A DNA stretch of 64,000 nt from Elusimicrobia bacterium RIFOXYD2_FULL_34_15. Lineage in GTDB: Bacteria; Elusimicrobiota; UBA8919. The notes under the pieces are model-generated. The model saw only the letters and a list, made by a program, of their open reading frames with translations. It had not been told where the DNA came from and ran no database searches. The position numbers were made by a program, and so were the translations under genes. Below, piece after piece: positions 20,201 to 29,607 of this stretch. The stretch's first letter is position 1. Each line of letters begins with the position of its first letter. The stretch spans positions 12,694 through 76,693 of the forward strand of contig MGVS01000097.1 of the NCBI GenBank assembly GCA_001800605.1. Direction: 5' to 3'.

Positions 20201-22106
20201 CTCCGGATAACTTCAGGCAGGTTTTTGACGCTTTTTGCTGAACAGCAAATTCTGAAATTATAAGTTTTGAAAATTTTGATTCAAAAGAAGTAACTATTAA
20301 TTCGTAAGGAATATCCTTTAAAATATTTCCTCTAGTTATAACTATTGTACCAAACGGTTTTGGATCTTTTAAACTACCATCCCAGTTTATTTTACCGGAA
20401 ATGCTGCCTGATAAAATTTCCGGCTTGATACCGATGAACGGCAGGATAAATGCGCTATTGCACTTTGTTAAATTTAAATTTCCGGAGGTTTCTCCTTTGT
20501 TTGGCAAAATCTTTATATTGCCCACTAACCCGTCAAGAGTCAGATTGTTTATATTAATATTATCTTTCGAATACAAAATCTCTCCGGATAAAGAGCCGGA
20601 ATTATTATTGATCGTGATTTGCGGCGATAAGAACTTAGCGTTTAATATCGGTTTTTCTGATAAGGCATTTAAGATACTCCCGGTACAATCTATTAAACCG
20701 GAAAACCTTTCGTCAAAAAATGAAGCATCGATATTATTTGCATTAAAAGTAATTTTTTCATATTTTCCTGAAAGTGTTATATTTGCATCATTATATTTTA
20801 TTCTACAGTTCAATATCTTTGATTTATTAGCTTCAGCATAAATCGAGATATTTTTGCCCCTTAGCTTTAACCGGCCGGTATCATGGACCCAATTAAACTC
20901 TCCATAAATATCTTCGGGTATATTTTGACTTAATCTAAATTTATTTATCTTAACATTACCCGCAATTTTTGGTTTAGCAGAATCTCCTGCTATTCTTATA
21001 TAAAAAGAAAGTGTCCCGGAATTATAATCGGATTTTATTGAAAGATCATTAGCTGACAGCGCAAAATCAACATTGTTTTTTTGGATTTTACCCTCAAGTA
21101 GTACTATACCGCTTAAGATTGTTGCACTAGATGTCACTAACCACTCATTTTCATTATAGGCAAGATTAGTTCTTATATTTTTTATATCCAAATTACCTAA
21201 CGTCTTTAAATAAGGCTGAGTTAAACTAATATTTAATTTCTTATCAGGTAATTCGAAATAGCCGTCGAATGATAATGGTCCCTCGGCATTATATTGAGTT
21301 GTTGTATTATTTAAAAGGTCTGTTATGGTCCGGATATTATAAATATTCCCTGTTGTATAGAATTTAACTTGTTCATTCTGCGGTATAATATTAGATCTTA
21401 TTACTACCGTAGCTTCTTCTGAAGATATGTCGCCAATCATATCCAATTTATCTATGTTGCCTTTAATATTTATCTTACCATTTAGCGGTTTTAATTTCTT
21501 ATAAACTATATCTTTTATTTCACCTTTTAGTTTTATTTCAGATAGATTTTTATTTGCGGTTCCCGCTAATTTCAATCCGCCGGAAAATTCATCAGTACCT
21601 TTGGAGACTGCAGAAAAACCTAATTTAAGAGCGAATATTGTTTTTTTGGGAACAATTTCAATAAATACATTTTTAATATCAAAACTATTAAAAGAAACCT
21701 TTCCTTCGTTTAAAGATATATTTATAGGAGGTAAATTCAACTGCGGTTTCGCTTCGGATTTTGTAACTTTAGATTTAAATATCTCTTCGATTTTCAAATA
21801 GTCAATTTGCGGTTCATTAAGTGTTATTTTTTCGATAGCATTTACACCCTTATTTATTTTCTTCAAATTAACAGTAATTACAGTTTCATCGCAGGAAAAA
21901 CCGGTAAAAGATACTTTCTTCAAGATTAACTTGTTGAAAGGAACCCATACTACTTTTTCTATTTTTGTTTGCTTGCCTGTCATCGTGGTAAGTTGCGATT
22001 GAATAAGATACTTGAGAGAAGACGTAAAGATTTCAAGCCGCACAAAAAGATATAATCCTATTGCAAGGAATACTACTACTGATACCAACAAAGTTACTTT
22101 TTTCAT
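17214..22106 (-). CDS. tamB: TamB / AsmA-like translocation and assembly module protein (DUF490)
   Basis: 1630 aa. N-terminal TM anchor and long beta-rich repetitive body. Directly downstream of bamA. Confidence 0.75.
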   Translation of the reverse strand: MKKVTLLVSVVVFLAIGLYLFVRLEIFTSSLKYLIQSQLTTMTGKQTKIEKVVWVPFNKLILKKVSFTGFSCDETVITVNLKKINKGVNAIEKITLNEPQIDYLKIEEIFKSKVTKSEAKPQLNLPPINISLNEGKVSFNSFDIKNVFIEIVPKKTIFALKLGFSAVSKGTDEFSGGLKLAGTANKNLSEIKLKGEIKDIVYKKLKPLNGKINIKGNIDKLDMIGDISSEEATVVIRSNIIPQNEQVKFYTTGNIYNIRTITDLLNNTTTQYNAEGPLSFDGYFELPDKKLNISLTQPYLKTLGNLDIKNIRTNLAYNENEWLVTSSATILSGIVLLEGKIQKNNVDFALSANDLSIKSDYNSGTLSFYIRIAGDSAKPKIAGNVKINKFRLSQNIPEDIYGEFNWVHDTGRLKLRGKNISIYAEANKSKILNCRIKYNDANITLSGKYEKITFNANNIDASFFDERFSGLIDCTGSILNALSEKPILNAKFLSPQITINNNSGSLSGEILYSKDNININNLTLDGLVGNIKILPNKGETSGNLNLTKCNSAFILPFIGIKPEILSGSISGKINWDGSLKDPKPFGTIVITRGNILKDIPYELIVTSFESKFSKLIISEFAVQQKASKTCLKLSGEIEKNNFNLSLKLNDLEIQKKIVNGDLSLYGKKTENTINYKITSPNLSVDNVREKFLTTGTYDGKKIDLKEIIWGDKIRGNFSYFLDSRYVSSNIKFLINAEEIYKKIDGRLIGEMSVRGDINNPLISINYRYEGNIYGLDSHGTGKISVNKKILKVENTKLIMDKSVIAISGTADLGKGEFTGLNISADDLKTDSIYTLYGATFPVSGKFKDVEFNITGPLKNPEILVSFSGTNIHIKEKLVDSLDGRFTYKNKRVVFSKGNIKWDETQIKILPESNINISKESIFKIVMELRNVKIPGVILFGGLSIEGSWDNSIKADISTSGLWVNQYQLKDRRYHVEYSGGILSFIPEMGKTTQVVGRMDISKLSELKIDNVSIFEVGKKIFFVNGLLKNDTFDIVSEGNNIPLGNLLNILGAKIEAAGNTNFNISISGTRENPILNCMVNSSNGELENIDFDTASIFFEINESILELKHLKISQKNVYSVEGEGTLPLPLTAEMKKKLSDRPIDISLKIKDGDMSILTSFSKVVKKATGKFSMSIDVRGNIKKPDISGELNATAEEVVMKDIFKKLNDVKCKLKFSGNRIELNEVSALIDKEPIVISGYLSVVDGFNIGDFDLHVVTPNGNIGVVINDLQIKSGGIGKIIPGVPDASFSNPSRAKVGCDITFAGTSDSWNISGYMKLSDARFTYPGVDSSEGSWDFLNNASWNFKIISGKNCWYENDFASAETKGELLLHGKGSSPFVTGKVESTRGDINYIGRSFTIREAIFEAENSNLYLSGIAESETEIEKRREDLATHQMVTEYIPDTIVLTLDRGPLENVKPRFSSKTNPQEEEQSAAQAALGLADTKQKQPFSAEEVSKAVDTLLTTPFVKSLFKRTGFIDKFAIKREAPATPLAGGTQPTILDLYKGTKLQFGKSFSSGFSAGYGVKFDEFENKLSLRHDIELSYRLKNGVMFKTTQELDGQRNRSFFFEKFWRFGTEPSKEAPRESNQEEKP

Positions 22107-22149
22107 TCATGTATTGCGTTCAATGCGTTTTTAGAGTTTATAGAGTTTT

Positions 22150-22215
22150 AGAGTTATCGAATTTACTATTACTCATTACCCATTACCCAGCCTGTCCCGA
22201 CTCATCGGGATTACT
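22150..22215. repeat. RPE-like palindromic element ...cattacccattACCCAGCCTGTCCCGActcaTCGGGATTACtCGTTAC...
   Basis: 38-nt core shared with 36385-36440 and, in inverse orientation, with 49218-49274 inside the cca gene. Confidence 0.8.
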
Positions 22216-24676
22216 CGTTACTGACTTTTGTTTCAGAATATATAGTATTAAATATAAGTTTTTTTAACTCAAACGAATAATCTACATTTATTTTAGTGCT
22301 CTTTGGCATTTTTTTAACAAGAAGTTCTTCCGCAAGCCCATCCTCAAGATATTTTGAAATTACCCTGTTTAACGGACGTGCACCATATTGCGAGTCAAAA
22401 CCCTTTTCAAGCAGAAAATTCTTAGCGGGTTCTGTTAATTCTATTACAAAACCCTGTTGTTTGGTCTTTTTTAGTACCCTTTCGAGCATTATATCCAGAA
22501 TTTTCCGCATATGTTCTTTTTCTAACGGATGGAAAACAATAGTATCATCCAAGCGGTTCAAAAATTCAGGATTAAGCGTTTTCTTTAATTCTTCTATCAC
22601 GGTTTCTTTCATTGATAAAAAATCTTTCTGTGTATTACTATCGGGCTGTGTCATAAAACCAAGCGATTTACCTTTAGATATCTGGCGTGCACCAATATTA
22701 GAAGTCATCAAAATTATTGTATTTTTAAAATCAACTTTATGACCAAGGTTATCAGTTAAAATACCGGTATCCATTATCTGTAATAGAATATTCAGCACAT
22801 CAGGGTGCGCCTTTTCTATCTCATCCAAAAGAACCACAGAATAAGGTTTACGCCTTACCTGTTCGGTAAGCTGACCGCCTTCATCATAACCCACGTAACC
22901 GGGAGGTGCGCCTATAAGATGTGAAACAGAAAATTTTTCCATATATTCAGACATATCAAAACGCACCAACGCATCTTCGTGACCGAACATAAATTCTGCG
23001 AGTGCCCTTGCAAGTTCAGTTTTTCCAACACCAGTTGGTCCCAGAAAAATAAAAGCGCCTATAGGTCTTCTCGGATCTTTTAGACCGGTTCTGGTCCGTC
23101 TTATTGCATGAGAAATAGAAACAACCGCCTCATCCTGGCCTATAATCCTTCTATGTAATTCATCTTCCATTTTTAATAATCTTTCTGATTCTTTCTCGGT
23201 CAACTTCATAAGTGGGATATTTGTCCATTTAGAAACTATATTCGCAACATCCTCACCATTAATTGTTGGTTTTATATGGCTTAAACCCTGTCTCCACTTT
23301 TTTCTTTCTTCAGCTAATACTCTTCTAAGTTCTTCTTCTTTATCTCTCAATTTGGCTGCTTTTTCAAATTCCTGTGAATTAACGGATTTGTCTTTGTCGA
23401 CAACAATATTTTCAATTTCTATTTCCTTGTCTTTAAGTTCCTGCGGTAACGAAGTAAGATTAAGATGAGCTCTGCTTCCTGCTTCATCGACTAAATCAAT
23501 AGCTTTATCCGGTAAATATCTCTCGGTTATATACCTATCCGACAGTTCAACCGCTGCTGAAATAGCTTCATCGGTATATTTTACTTTATGATGTGACTCA
23601 TATTTTTCTTTTAGACCGTGCAGAATTTTTATTGTTTCTTCTACCGACGGCGGATTAACCGTTATCGGCTGAAATCTTCTTTCAAGTGCAGCATCGTGCT
23701 CAATATACTTCCTATATTCCGAGAATGTTGTCGCCCCGATGCATTGTAGTTCACCCCGTGCTAACGGCGGTTTTAACATATTCGATGCATCGATAGCACC
23801 CTCTGCAGCACCGGCACCGATTACCGTGTGTAATTCATCGATAAAAATAATTATGCTATTTTTCGACTGTCTTATTTCGTCAATAATATTTTTTAACCGT
23901 TGCTCAAATTCACCCCTGTATTTTGTACCCGCTACCACACCTGACAAATCAAGAGTAACTATTCTTTTGTTCAAAAGAATTTCCTGGGTATCCTGGTTGA
24001 CAATTCTCTGGGCCAAACCTTCTACAATAGCTGTCTTACCAACACCAGGATCTCCCACTAAAACAGGATTATTTTTTGTCCGTCTTGATAACACTTGAAT
24101 CAATCTGTCGATTTCATTATCTCTGCCGATAACAGGATCGAGTTTGCCCTCTCTCGCCATTTCAGTTAAATCCCTACCAAATTCATCAAGGGTTGGCGTC
24201 TTTGACTTATGTTTATGCTGTGGTAACGGTGGTTGTGATGTTTCTCCCATAAGATTAATAATCTCTTCTTTTACAATGTCATATGAAAGTCCGAAATTTT
24301 CCAAAACAACGGTTGTTTTCAATTCGGTATTTTTCAAAAGTCCTAAAAGAATATGCTCCGTTCCGACATAACTGTGCGCCATTTTCTGTGCTTCTTCTAT
24401 TGAATATTCCAATACTTTTCTTGCTTTCGGAGTTAGAGGTAATTCGCCGTATTGAAGTAAATTATCTCCCAGTGGCAGGGTTTTTTCTATTTCTATTCTT
24501 ATACGCGAAGTATGTATTCCAAGATTTGCTATTATCGTAGCTGCTACACCATCGTCAAGATCAAGCAATCCCAATAATATATGTTCGGGAGTAATAAAAT
24601 CGTGGTTTAATCTCTTCGCCTCTTCCTGCGCAAGTCGTATTACCCTTTGTGCTCTTTCTGTAAATCTATTATACAT
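22211..24676 (-). CDS. clpC: ATP-dependent Clp protease ATP-binding subunit ClpC
   Basis: 821 aa. Two Clp_N repeats, a UVR motif and two AAA+ modules. Confidence 0.9.
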   Translation of the reverse strand: MYNRFTERAQRVIRLAQEEAKRLNHDFITPEHILLGLLDLDDGVAATIIANLGIHTSRIRIEIEKTLPLGDNLLQYGELPLTPKARKVLEYSIEEAQKMAHSYVGTEHILLGLLKNTELKTTVVLENFGLSYDIVKEEIINLMGETSQPPLPQHKHKSKTPTLDEFGRDLTEMAREGKLDPVIGRDNEIDRLIQVLSRRTKNNPVLVGDPGVGKTAIVEGLAQRIVNQDTQEILLNKRIVTLDLSGVVAGTKYRGEFEQRLKNIIDEIRQSKNSIIIFIDELHTVIGAGAAEGAIDASNMLKPPLARGELQCIGATTFSEYRKYIEHDAALERRFQPITVNPPSVEETIKILHGLKEKYESHHKVKYTDEAISAAVELSDRYITERYLPDKAIDLVDEAGSRAHLNLTSLPQELKDKEIEIENIVVDKDKSVNSQEFEKAAKLRDKEEELRRVLAEERKKWRQGLSHIKPTINGEDVANIVSKWTNIPLMKLTEKESERLLKMEDELHRRIIGQDEAVVSISHAIRRTRTGLKDPRRPIGAFIFLGPTGVGKTELARALAEFMFGHEDALVRFDMSEYMEKFSVSHLIGAPPGYVGYDEGGQLTEQVRRKPYSVVLLDEIEKAHPDVLNILLQIMDTGILTDNLGHKVDFKNTIILMTSNIGARQISKGKSLGFMTQPDSNTQKDFLSMKETVIEELKKTLNPEFLNRLDDTIVFHPLEKEHMRKILDIMLERVLKKTKQQGFVIELTEPAKNFLLEKGFDSQYGARPLNRVISKYLEDGLAEELLVKKMPKSTKINVDYSFELKKLIFNTIYSETKVSNE

Positions 24677-24694
24677 ATTTGCCTCCAGCAGTAA

Positions 24695-25369
24695 TTACAC
24701 TACCAGGCCATCAATTAATTTTATGGTCCTTGAAAATTTCTTTGCGATTTCCTCGTTATGTGTTGCTACTATCAAAGTAAATTTATAGTTTTTCTGTAAT
24801 TGTAATATTAAATTAATAATATTTTCTCCCGTATGCCTGTCTAAATTTCCTGTTGGTTCGTCAGCAATTAATATTTTTGGTGAATTTATTAGTGCTCTTG
24901 CGATCGCTACCCGTTGCTGTTCACCGCCGGATAATTCTGAAGATAAATGTTCCGTTCTTTTTGAAAGTTCTATTTCTGAAATCAATTTTTGCGCTTTTCC
25001 CCTGGAAATTTCTATACTTTCACCGGAAATCATAGCCGGCATCATAACATTCTCAATCGCAGTAAATTCGGGTAATAAATTATAAAATTGAAAAACAAAA
25101 CCTATCGATTCATTCCTAAACTTTGCCAATATCCTTTCATCTTCAGTATCAGTTATGCCTGTTACCGAAACTACGCCTGTAGTAGGCCTATCCATTAGAC
25201 CAATAATATGCAAAAAGGTTGACTTGCCCGCACCCGAGGGACCTATGACAGATATTGTTTCACCATTTTTTATATCAACAGATATTCCTTTGAGAACTGA
25301 TATATTTGTCTTCCCGATTATATAATCTTTTGTTATATTCTCCGTTTTAATAACGTATTCATTATTCAT
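24695..25369 (-). CDS. lolD: Lipoprotein-releasing ABC transporter ATP-binding protein
   Basis: 224 aa. Walker A GPSGAGKST and the LSGGEQQRVAIARAL signature. 8-nt overlap with the FtsX-like permease gene. Confidence 0.85.
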   Translation of the reverse strand: MNNEYVIKTENITKDYIIGKTNISVLKGISVDIKNGETISVIGPSGAGKSTFLHIIGLMDRPTTGVVSVTGITDTEDERILAKFRNESIGFVFQFYNLLPEFTAIENVMMPAMISGESIEISRGKAQKLISEIELSKRTEHLSSELSGGEQQRVAIARALINSPKILIADEPTGNLDRHTGENIINLILQLQKNYKFTLIVATHNEEIAKKFSRTIKLIDGLVV

Positions 25370-26549
25370 ACATAAGGGCTTCTGTTGGTTCTATCCTACT
25401 GCTTTTCCATGCCGGATATATAGCTGCTAAAACCGTTATAACAATACTTACGCTCACTACCAAAATAACATCCGGAAGCATTATTTTTACAGGCAACTTG
25501 TCAATATAATATACATCTGCAGGCAACGAAATAAATTTGTATTTCTTTAAAATTAGAGATACAAGAATTCCAAGTCCGCAACCCAAGGCCGTACCGGCTG
25601 TGCCGATTATCAATCCTACATTTAAAAATATTTTCATGATAGATTTAGGCTGAGAACCGATTGCTTTAAGAATTCCTATAGAATGAACTTTCTCAATCGT
25701 TGTAACTATTAGAAGCGAAATCACATTAAAAGTTGCGACAATAACAACAAGAATCAATATCAGAAACATAACAAATTTTTCAAGCTTCAGTGCAGAAAAA
25801 AGATTTTTATTCATCTCGCTCCACGATTTTACCGAATATCCAAACCCTAGTTTTTCCCTCAGGTTACGGGCAATCTCATCTGCATTAAAAAGATTATTTG
25901 TCTTAAGTTCAAATCCCTTTATTCCCTCTTTTCCGAATAATTTTTGACCGTCAGAAAAATTCATATAAACAAGATTGGAATCATATTCATACATTCCGGA
26001 GTCAAAAATATCCGCAACTCTAAATTTTTCCATTCTCGGAATTATTCCAAAAGCTGTTGTTTGACCGAACGGCGAAACTAAAATAACATCATCACCCGGA
26101 AAAACTAAAAGATTTTTTGAAAGTTCTGAACCGATAAAAACAGATTTACTTTTTAATTCGTTTACATCTTTGTTTTTAAGTATTTTTTCAAGGTCTATAA
26201 TATTTTTTTCAGTTTGAGGCACTATCCCTTTTACTACCACGCCCGTTGCATTCTTGCCTTTTCTTAAAATCATCTGCCCATAAACAAACTTAGAGTAATT
26301 TGCTATATCTTTGCTTTTCAACACTTCATTGGGTACTTTATCGTCAGCGAAAATGGTAATGTGCGGACTTAAAGACAGAATTTTTTCTTTTATATCCGTC
26401 TGAAATCCATTCATAACGGAAAGTGTTATAATTAAAGCCATTACACCAACAGCAATTCCCGAAATAGATATAATCGTTAAAAGCGCACTAAAGAACTTTT
26501 TTCTCGTAGACCAAAAATATCTTAAAGCAATAAATCTCTCGAAACTCAT
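25362..26549 (-). CDS. lolE: Lipoprotein-releasing system permease LolC/E (FtsX-like)
   Basis: 395 aa. MacB-like periplasmic domain flanked by TM helices. Confidence 0.85.
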   Translation of the reverse strand: MSFERFIALRYFWSTRKKFFSALLTIISISGIAVGVMALIITLSVMNGFQTDIKEKILSLSPHITIFADDKVPNEVLKSKDIANYSKFVYGQMILRKGKNATGVVVKGIVPQTEKNIIDLEKILKNKDVNELKSKSVFIGSELSKNLLVFPGDDVILVSPFGQTTAFGIIPRMEKFRVADIFDSGMYEYDSNLVYMNFSDGQKLFGKEGIKGFELKTNNLFNADEIARNLREKLGFGYSVKSWSEMNKNLFSALKLEKFVMFLILILVVIVATFNVISLLIVTTIEKVHSIGILKAIGSQPKSIMKIFLNVGLIIGTAGTALGCGLGILVSLILKKYKFISLPADVYYIDKLPVKIMLPDVILVVSVSIVITVLAAIYPAWKSSRIEPTEALMYE

Positions 26550-26551
26550 AT

Positions 26552-27994
26552 TTAGTTAAGTGGTTTTAGTAACGGGAACAGAATAACATCTTTTATTGAT
26601 TCCTGTTGTGTCAGGAGAATTATAAGACGGTCAATACCAATACCAAGTCCACCTGCCGGAGGCATCCCGTGTTCAAGTGCCCTAACATAATCTTCATCAA
26701 AAAACTCGGCTTCATCGTCGCCTTTTTCCCGTTCTTTTATCTGATCTTCAAACCGGTTTTTTTGTTCTACCGGGTCGTTTAACTCCGAATAAGCATTAGC
26801 AAGCTCTTCACAGCCGATGTATAATTCAAATCTTTCTGCAATTTCCGGTTTTTCATATTTTGATTTTGTTAATGGACATAAAAATTTTGGCCAATCAATA
26901 ACAAAAGTCGGTTCAATAAGCTTTGGTTTTACCAGTTTATCGAACAAATGATCAAATATTTTTCTTGCAGGGATTTTTTCATAACCTTCTACTTCGAATT
27001 TTTTACCTAATTCTTTCAGTTTTTCTTCACAAAATATATCAGAAAAATTAATTCCTGATTCTGAAAAAGCATTTTCAATTGAAAGCTGTTTCCATTCACC
27101 GAAAATATCAATCTCTTTATCTTTAAAATTAACTTTTGTGATACCGATGGCTTTTGCTGTTTCCTGCATAATGTTTTTGCATAAAGTCATCATATCGTTA
27201 TAATCGGCATATGCCTGATAAACTTCAAGAATTGTAAATTCAGGATTGTGTCTGGTAGAAATTCCTTCATTTCTGAATGTTCTTCCTAACTCATAAACTC
27301 TTTCCATCCCGCCTACTATCAATCTTTTTAAATAGAGTTCCGGTGCGATTCTTAAATATAAATCTATATCAAGCGCATTATGATGAGTCATAAAAGGTTT
27401 CGCTGCCGCGCCGCCGGGTATCGACTGCATCATAGGGGTTTCAACTTCAATAAAACCTGACTGGTTCAGATAGCTTCTTATCGCGGTTATTCCAGATGCT
27501 CTTTTTTTGAATATTTCAATAACCTCATTGTTTGAAATTAAATCCAGATATCTCTGACGGTATCGTGTTTCTATATCTTTCAAGCCATGCCATTTTTCAG
27601 GTAATGCTCTCAATGATTTTGATAAAAGCTGAAATTTTTCTACTTTTATTGTCGTTTCGCCTGTTTTTGTTTTAAAAACTGTTCCTTCGACACCAATAAA
27701 ATCACCTATATCTAAAAGTTCAAAAACCTTATAATTATCCTCACCGACAACATCTTTTTTTATATAAATCTGTATTTTTGCAGTAACATCTTTTATTGTA
27801 AAAAAAGCTGCTTTCCCCATATTCCTTATAGTCATAATTCTGCCGGCAGCAGCAACTTTACCTTCCGGAATTTCTTTTAAAATTTTTTCGGCAGTAAAAG
27901 TAATATCAAATTTTGTAGGGTAAGAATTTATCCCTTTACTTTTTAATTGTGCAATCTTATCCAACCGTTGCGTAAAAATTTCTTCTTCAGCCAT
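26552..27994 (-). CDS. lysS: Lysine--tRNA ligase (class II)
   Basis: 480 aa. OB anticodon-binding domain and class II catalytic core. Confidence 0.95.
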   Translation of the reverse strand: MAEEEIFTQRLDKIAQLKSKGINSYPTKFDITFTAEKILKEIPEGKVAAAGRIMTIRNMGKAAFFTIKDVTAKIQIYIKKDVVGEDNYKVFELLDIGDFIGVEGTVFKTKTGETTIKVEKFQLLSKSLRALPEKWHGLKDIETRYRQRYLDLISNNEVIEIFKKRASGITAIRSYLNQSGFIEVETPMMQSIPGGAAAKPFMTHHNALDIDLYLRIAPELYLKRLIVGGMERVYELGRTFRNEGISTRHNPEFTILEVYQAYADYNDMMTLCKNIMQETAKAIGITKVNFKDKEIDIFGEWKQLSIENAFSESGINFSDIFCEEKLKELGKKFEVEGYEKIPARKIFDHLFDKLVKPKLIEPTFVIDWPKFLCPLTKSKYEKPEIAERFELYIGCEELANAYSELNDPVEQKNRFEDQIKEREKGDDEAEFFDEDYVRALEHGMPPAGGLGIGIDRLIILLTQQESIKDVILFPLLKPLN

Positions 27995-28379
27995 TTCGTA
28001 TTACCTCAGCCACCTTTTCTCTTAATATAATTGGGTCAAAAGGTTTCTCAATATATACTTGAACATTTTTGTCTAATTCAAACATTTGCTGCATTCCGCC
28101 TTTCGCTGTAAGAATTATGGTTGGTATATTTGCAGTATTTTTTTCCAGCTGTAATTGTCTATTAACAGAATATCCATCTAATTTTGGCAGCATAATATCT
28201 AACAAAATTACATCAGGCCTGGTTGTTCTTGCTATATTTAATGCTTGTTCACCGTCATAAGCAGCCAATACAGAATAACCTGCTTTTTCAAACAAAAACT
28301 TAAGCAAATCAGAAATTGCTAAATCATCCTCAACAATAAGAATTGTTTTTTTAGCCATAAATCTATGTTTATAATACAA
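27987..28379 (-). CDS. Stand-alone response-regulator receiver domain protein
   Basis: About 122-130 aa. LIVEDD...D...KLDG CheY-like motifs. Probable start at MAKKTIL. Confidence 0.8.
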   Translation of the reverse strand: MYYKHRFMAKKTILIVEDDLAISDLLKFLFEKAGYSVLAAYDGEQALNIARTTRPDVILLDIMLPKLDGYSVNRQLQLEKNTANIPTIILTAKGGMQQMFELDKNVQVYIEKPFDPIILREKVAEVIRNG

Positions 28380-28417
28380 TATTTACACGGTTTTGTCAAT
28401 GGAAGTTTTACGGTAAC

Positions 28418-29525
28418 TCAGACGGGATTTGATAGTTTCTTTGAGAGAAAGGCATTAATGAAGGAATCGAGGTCACCATCCATAACTTTTGTAACATTTC
28501 CTACTTCATATCCTGTTCTATGGTCTTTTACCAGCTGGTAAGGCATGAAAACATAGCTTCTTATCTGATTAGCCCAGGCAATACTTCCCTTTTCATCGTA
28601 GTGTTTTTCTACCACTGCCCGTTTTCTATCTTGTTCTAATTCATAAAGTTTTGCCTTTAACAATTTCATCGCCGTAGCTTTATTTTTAAATTGTGAGCGT
28701 TCATTTTGCGACTGAACAACAATTCCAGAAGCTAAATGCGTAATTCGCACCGCAGAATCTGTTTTCTGAAGATATTGCCCTCCATGACCGCCGGCTCTGT
28801 AAGTATCAATACGTATTTCGCTTTCTGCCACTACAATTTTTATATCGTCTTCGATTTCCGGAATTACATCTATAGAAGCAAACGAAGTATGTCTTCTTTT
28901 ATTTGCATCAAACGGCGAAATTCTAACCAGCCGATGAACCCCTATTTCAGCCTTCAAATAACCGTAAGCATACTCGCCCTTAACTATCAAAGTTACTGAT
29001 TTTATTCCTGCTTCGTCACCGTCCAAAATATCAACTATCTCAACAGAAAAACTTTTTCTTTCTGCCCAGCGTGTATACATCCTCAAAAGCATCTCAGCCC
29101 AATCACATGCCTCTGTTCCGCCCGCACCAGAATGAATTGAAACAATTGCGTTGCTCTTATCGAACTCTCCGGAAAGTTTCAGCTGTAAATCCATTTCGAT
29201 AATTTCAGAACTTATTTTTTCTATGGAATTTTCTATATCTTTTTCAAGCGAAGTATCATTTTCCGATTCAGCAATAGAAAGCAATTCACTTGTATCATTT
29301 ATTTCTTTTTGTATTTTTTCAAATTTATTGATTTGGGATTTTAAGGAAGTTAATAACTGCATTGTTTTCTGGGCTTCGGCAGGATTATTCCAGAAATTTG
29401 ACTGGAAAGCTTTTTCTTCTAATTTTTTTATTTCTTCAAGTTTTTTTTCTACTTCAAAGATACCTCCCGACATCTTCAACTTTATCCAATAATTTTTTTA
29501 CTTGTCCTTTTAATTCGAATAACAT
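28418..29525 (-). CDS. prfB: Peptide chain release factor 2 with programmed +1 ribosomal frameshift
   Basis: Frame-0 start ATG at 29525 encodes MLFELKGQVKKLLDKVEDVGRYL, then an in-frame TGA. The site reads GGGAGG TAT CTT TGA A at 29454-29459, the canonical SD-CUU-UGA shift site. The +1 frame continues EVEKKLEE... into the 353-aa track ORF. Confidence 0.9.
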
Positions 29526-29545
29526 ATTATTTTTAACAGAATTTA

Positions 29546-29579
29546 ATCTGTGTAATCATCCTCTCTTATCTGTGTAATC
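29546..29579. repeat. Two direct copies of ATCTGTGTAATC, 22 bp apart, immediately upstream of the prfB start
   Basis: Exact 12-mers at 29546-29557 and 29568-29579. Confidence 0.8.
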
Positions 29580-29607
29580 AGAGATTGTTTCGCTTTAAAC
29601 AATCTCA

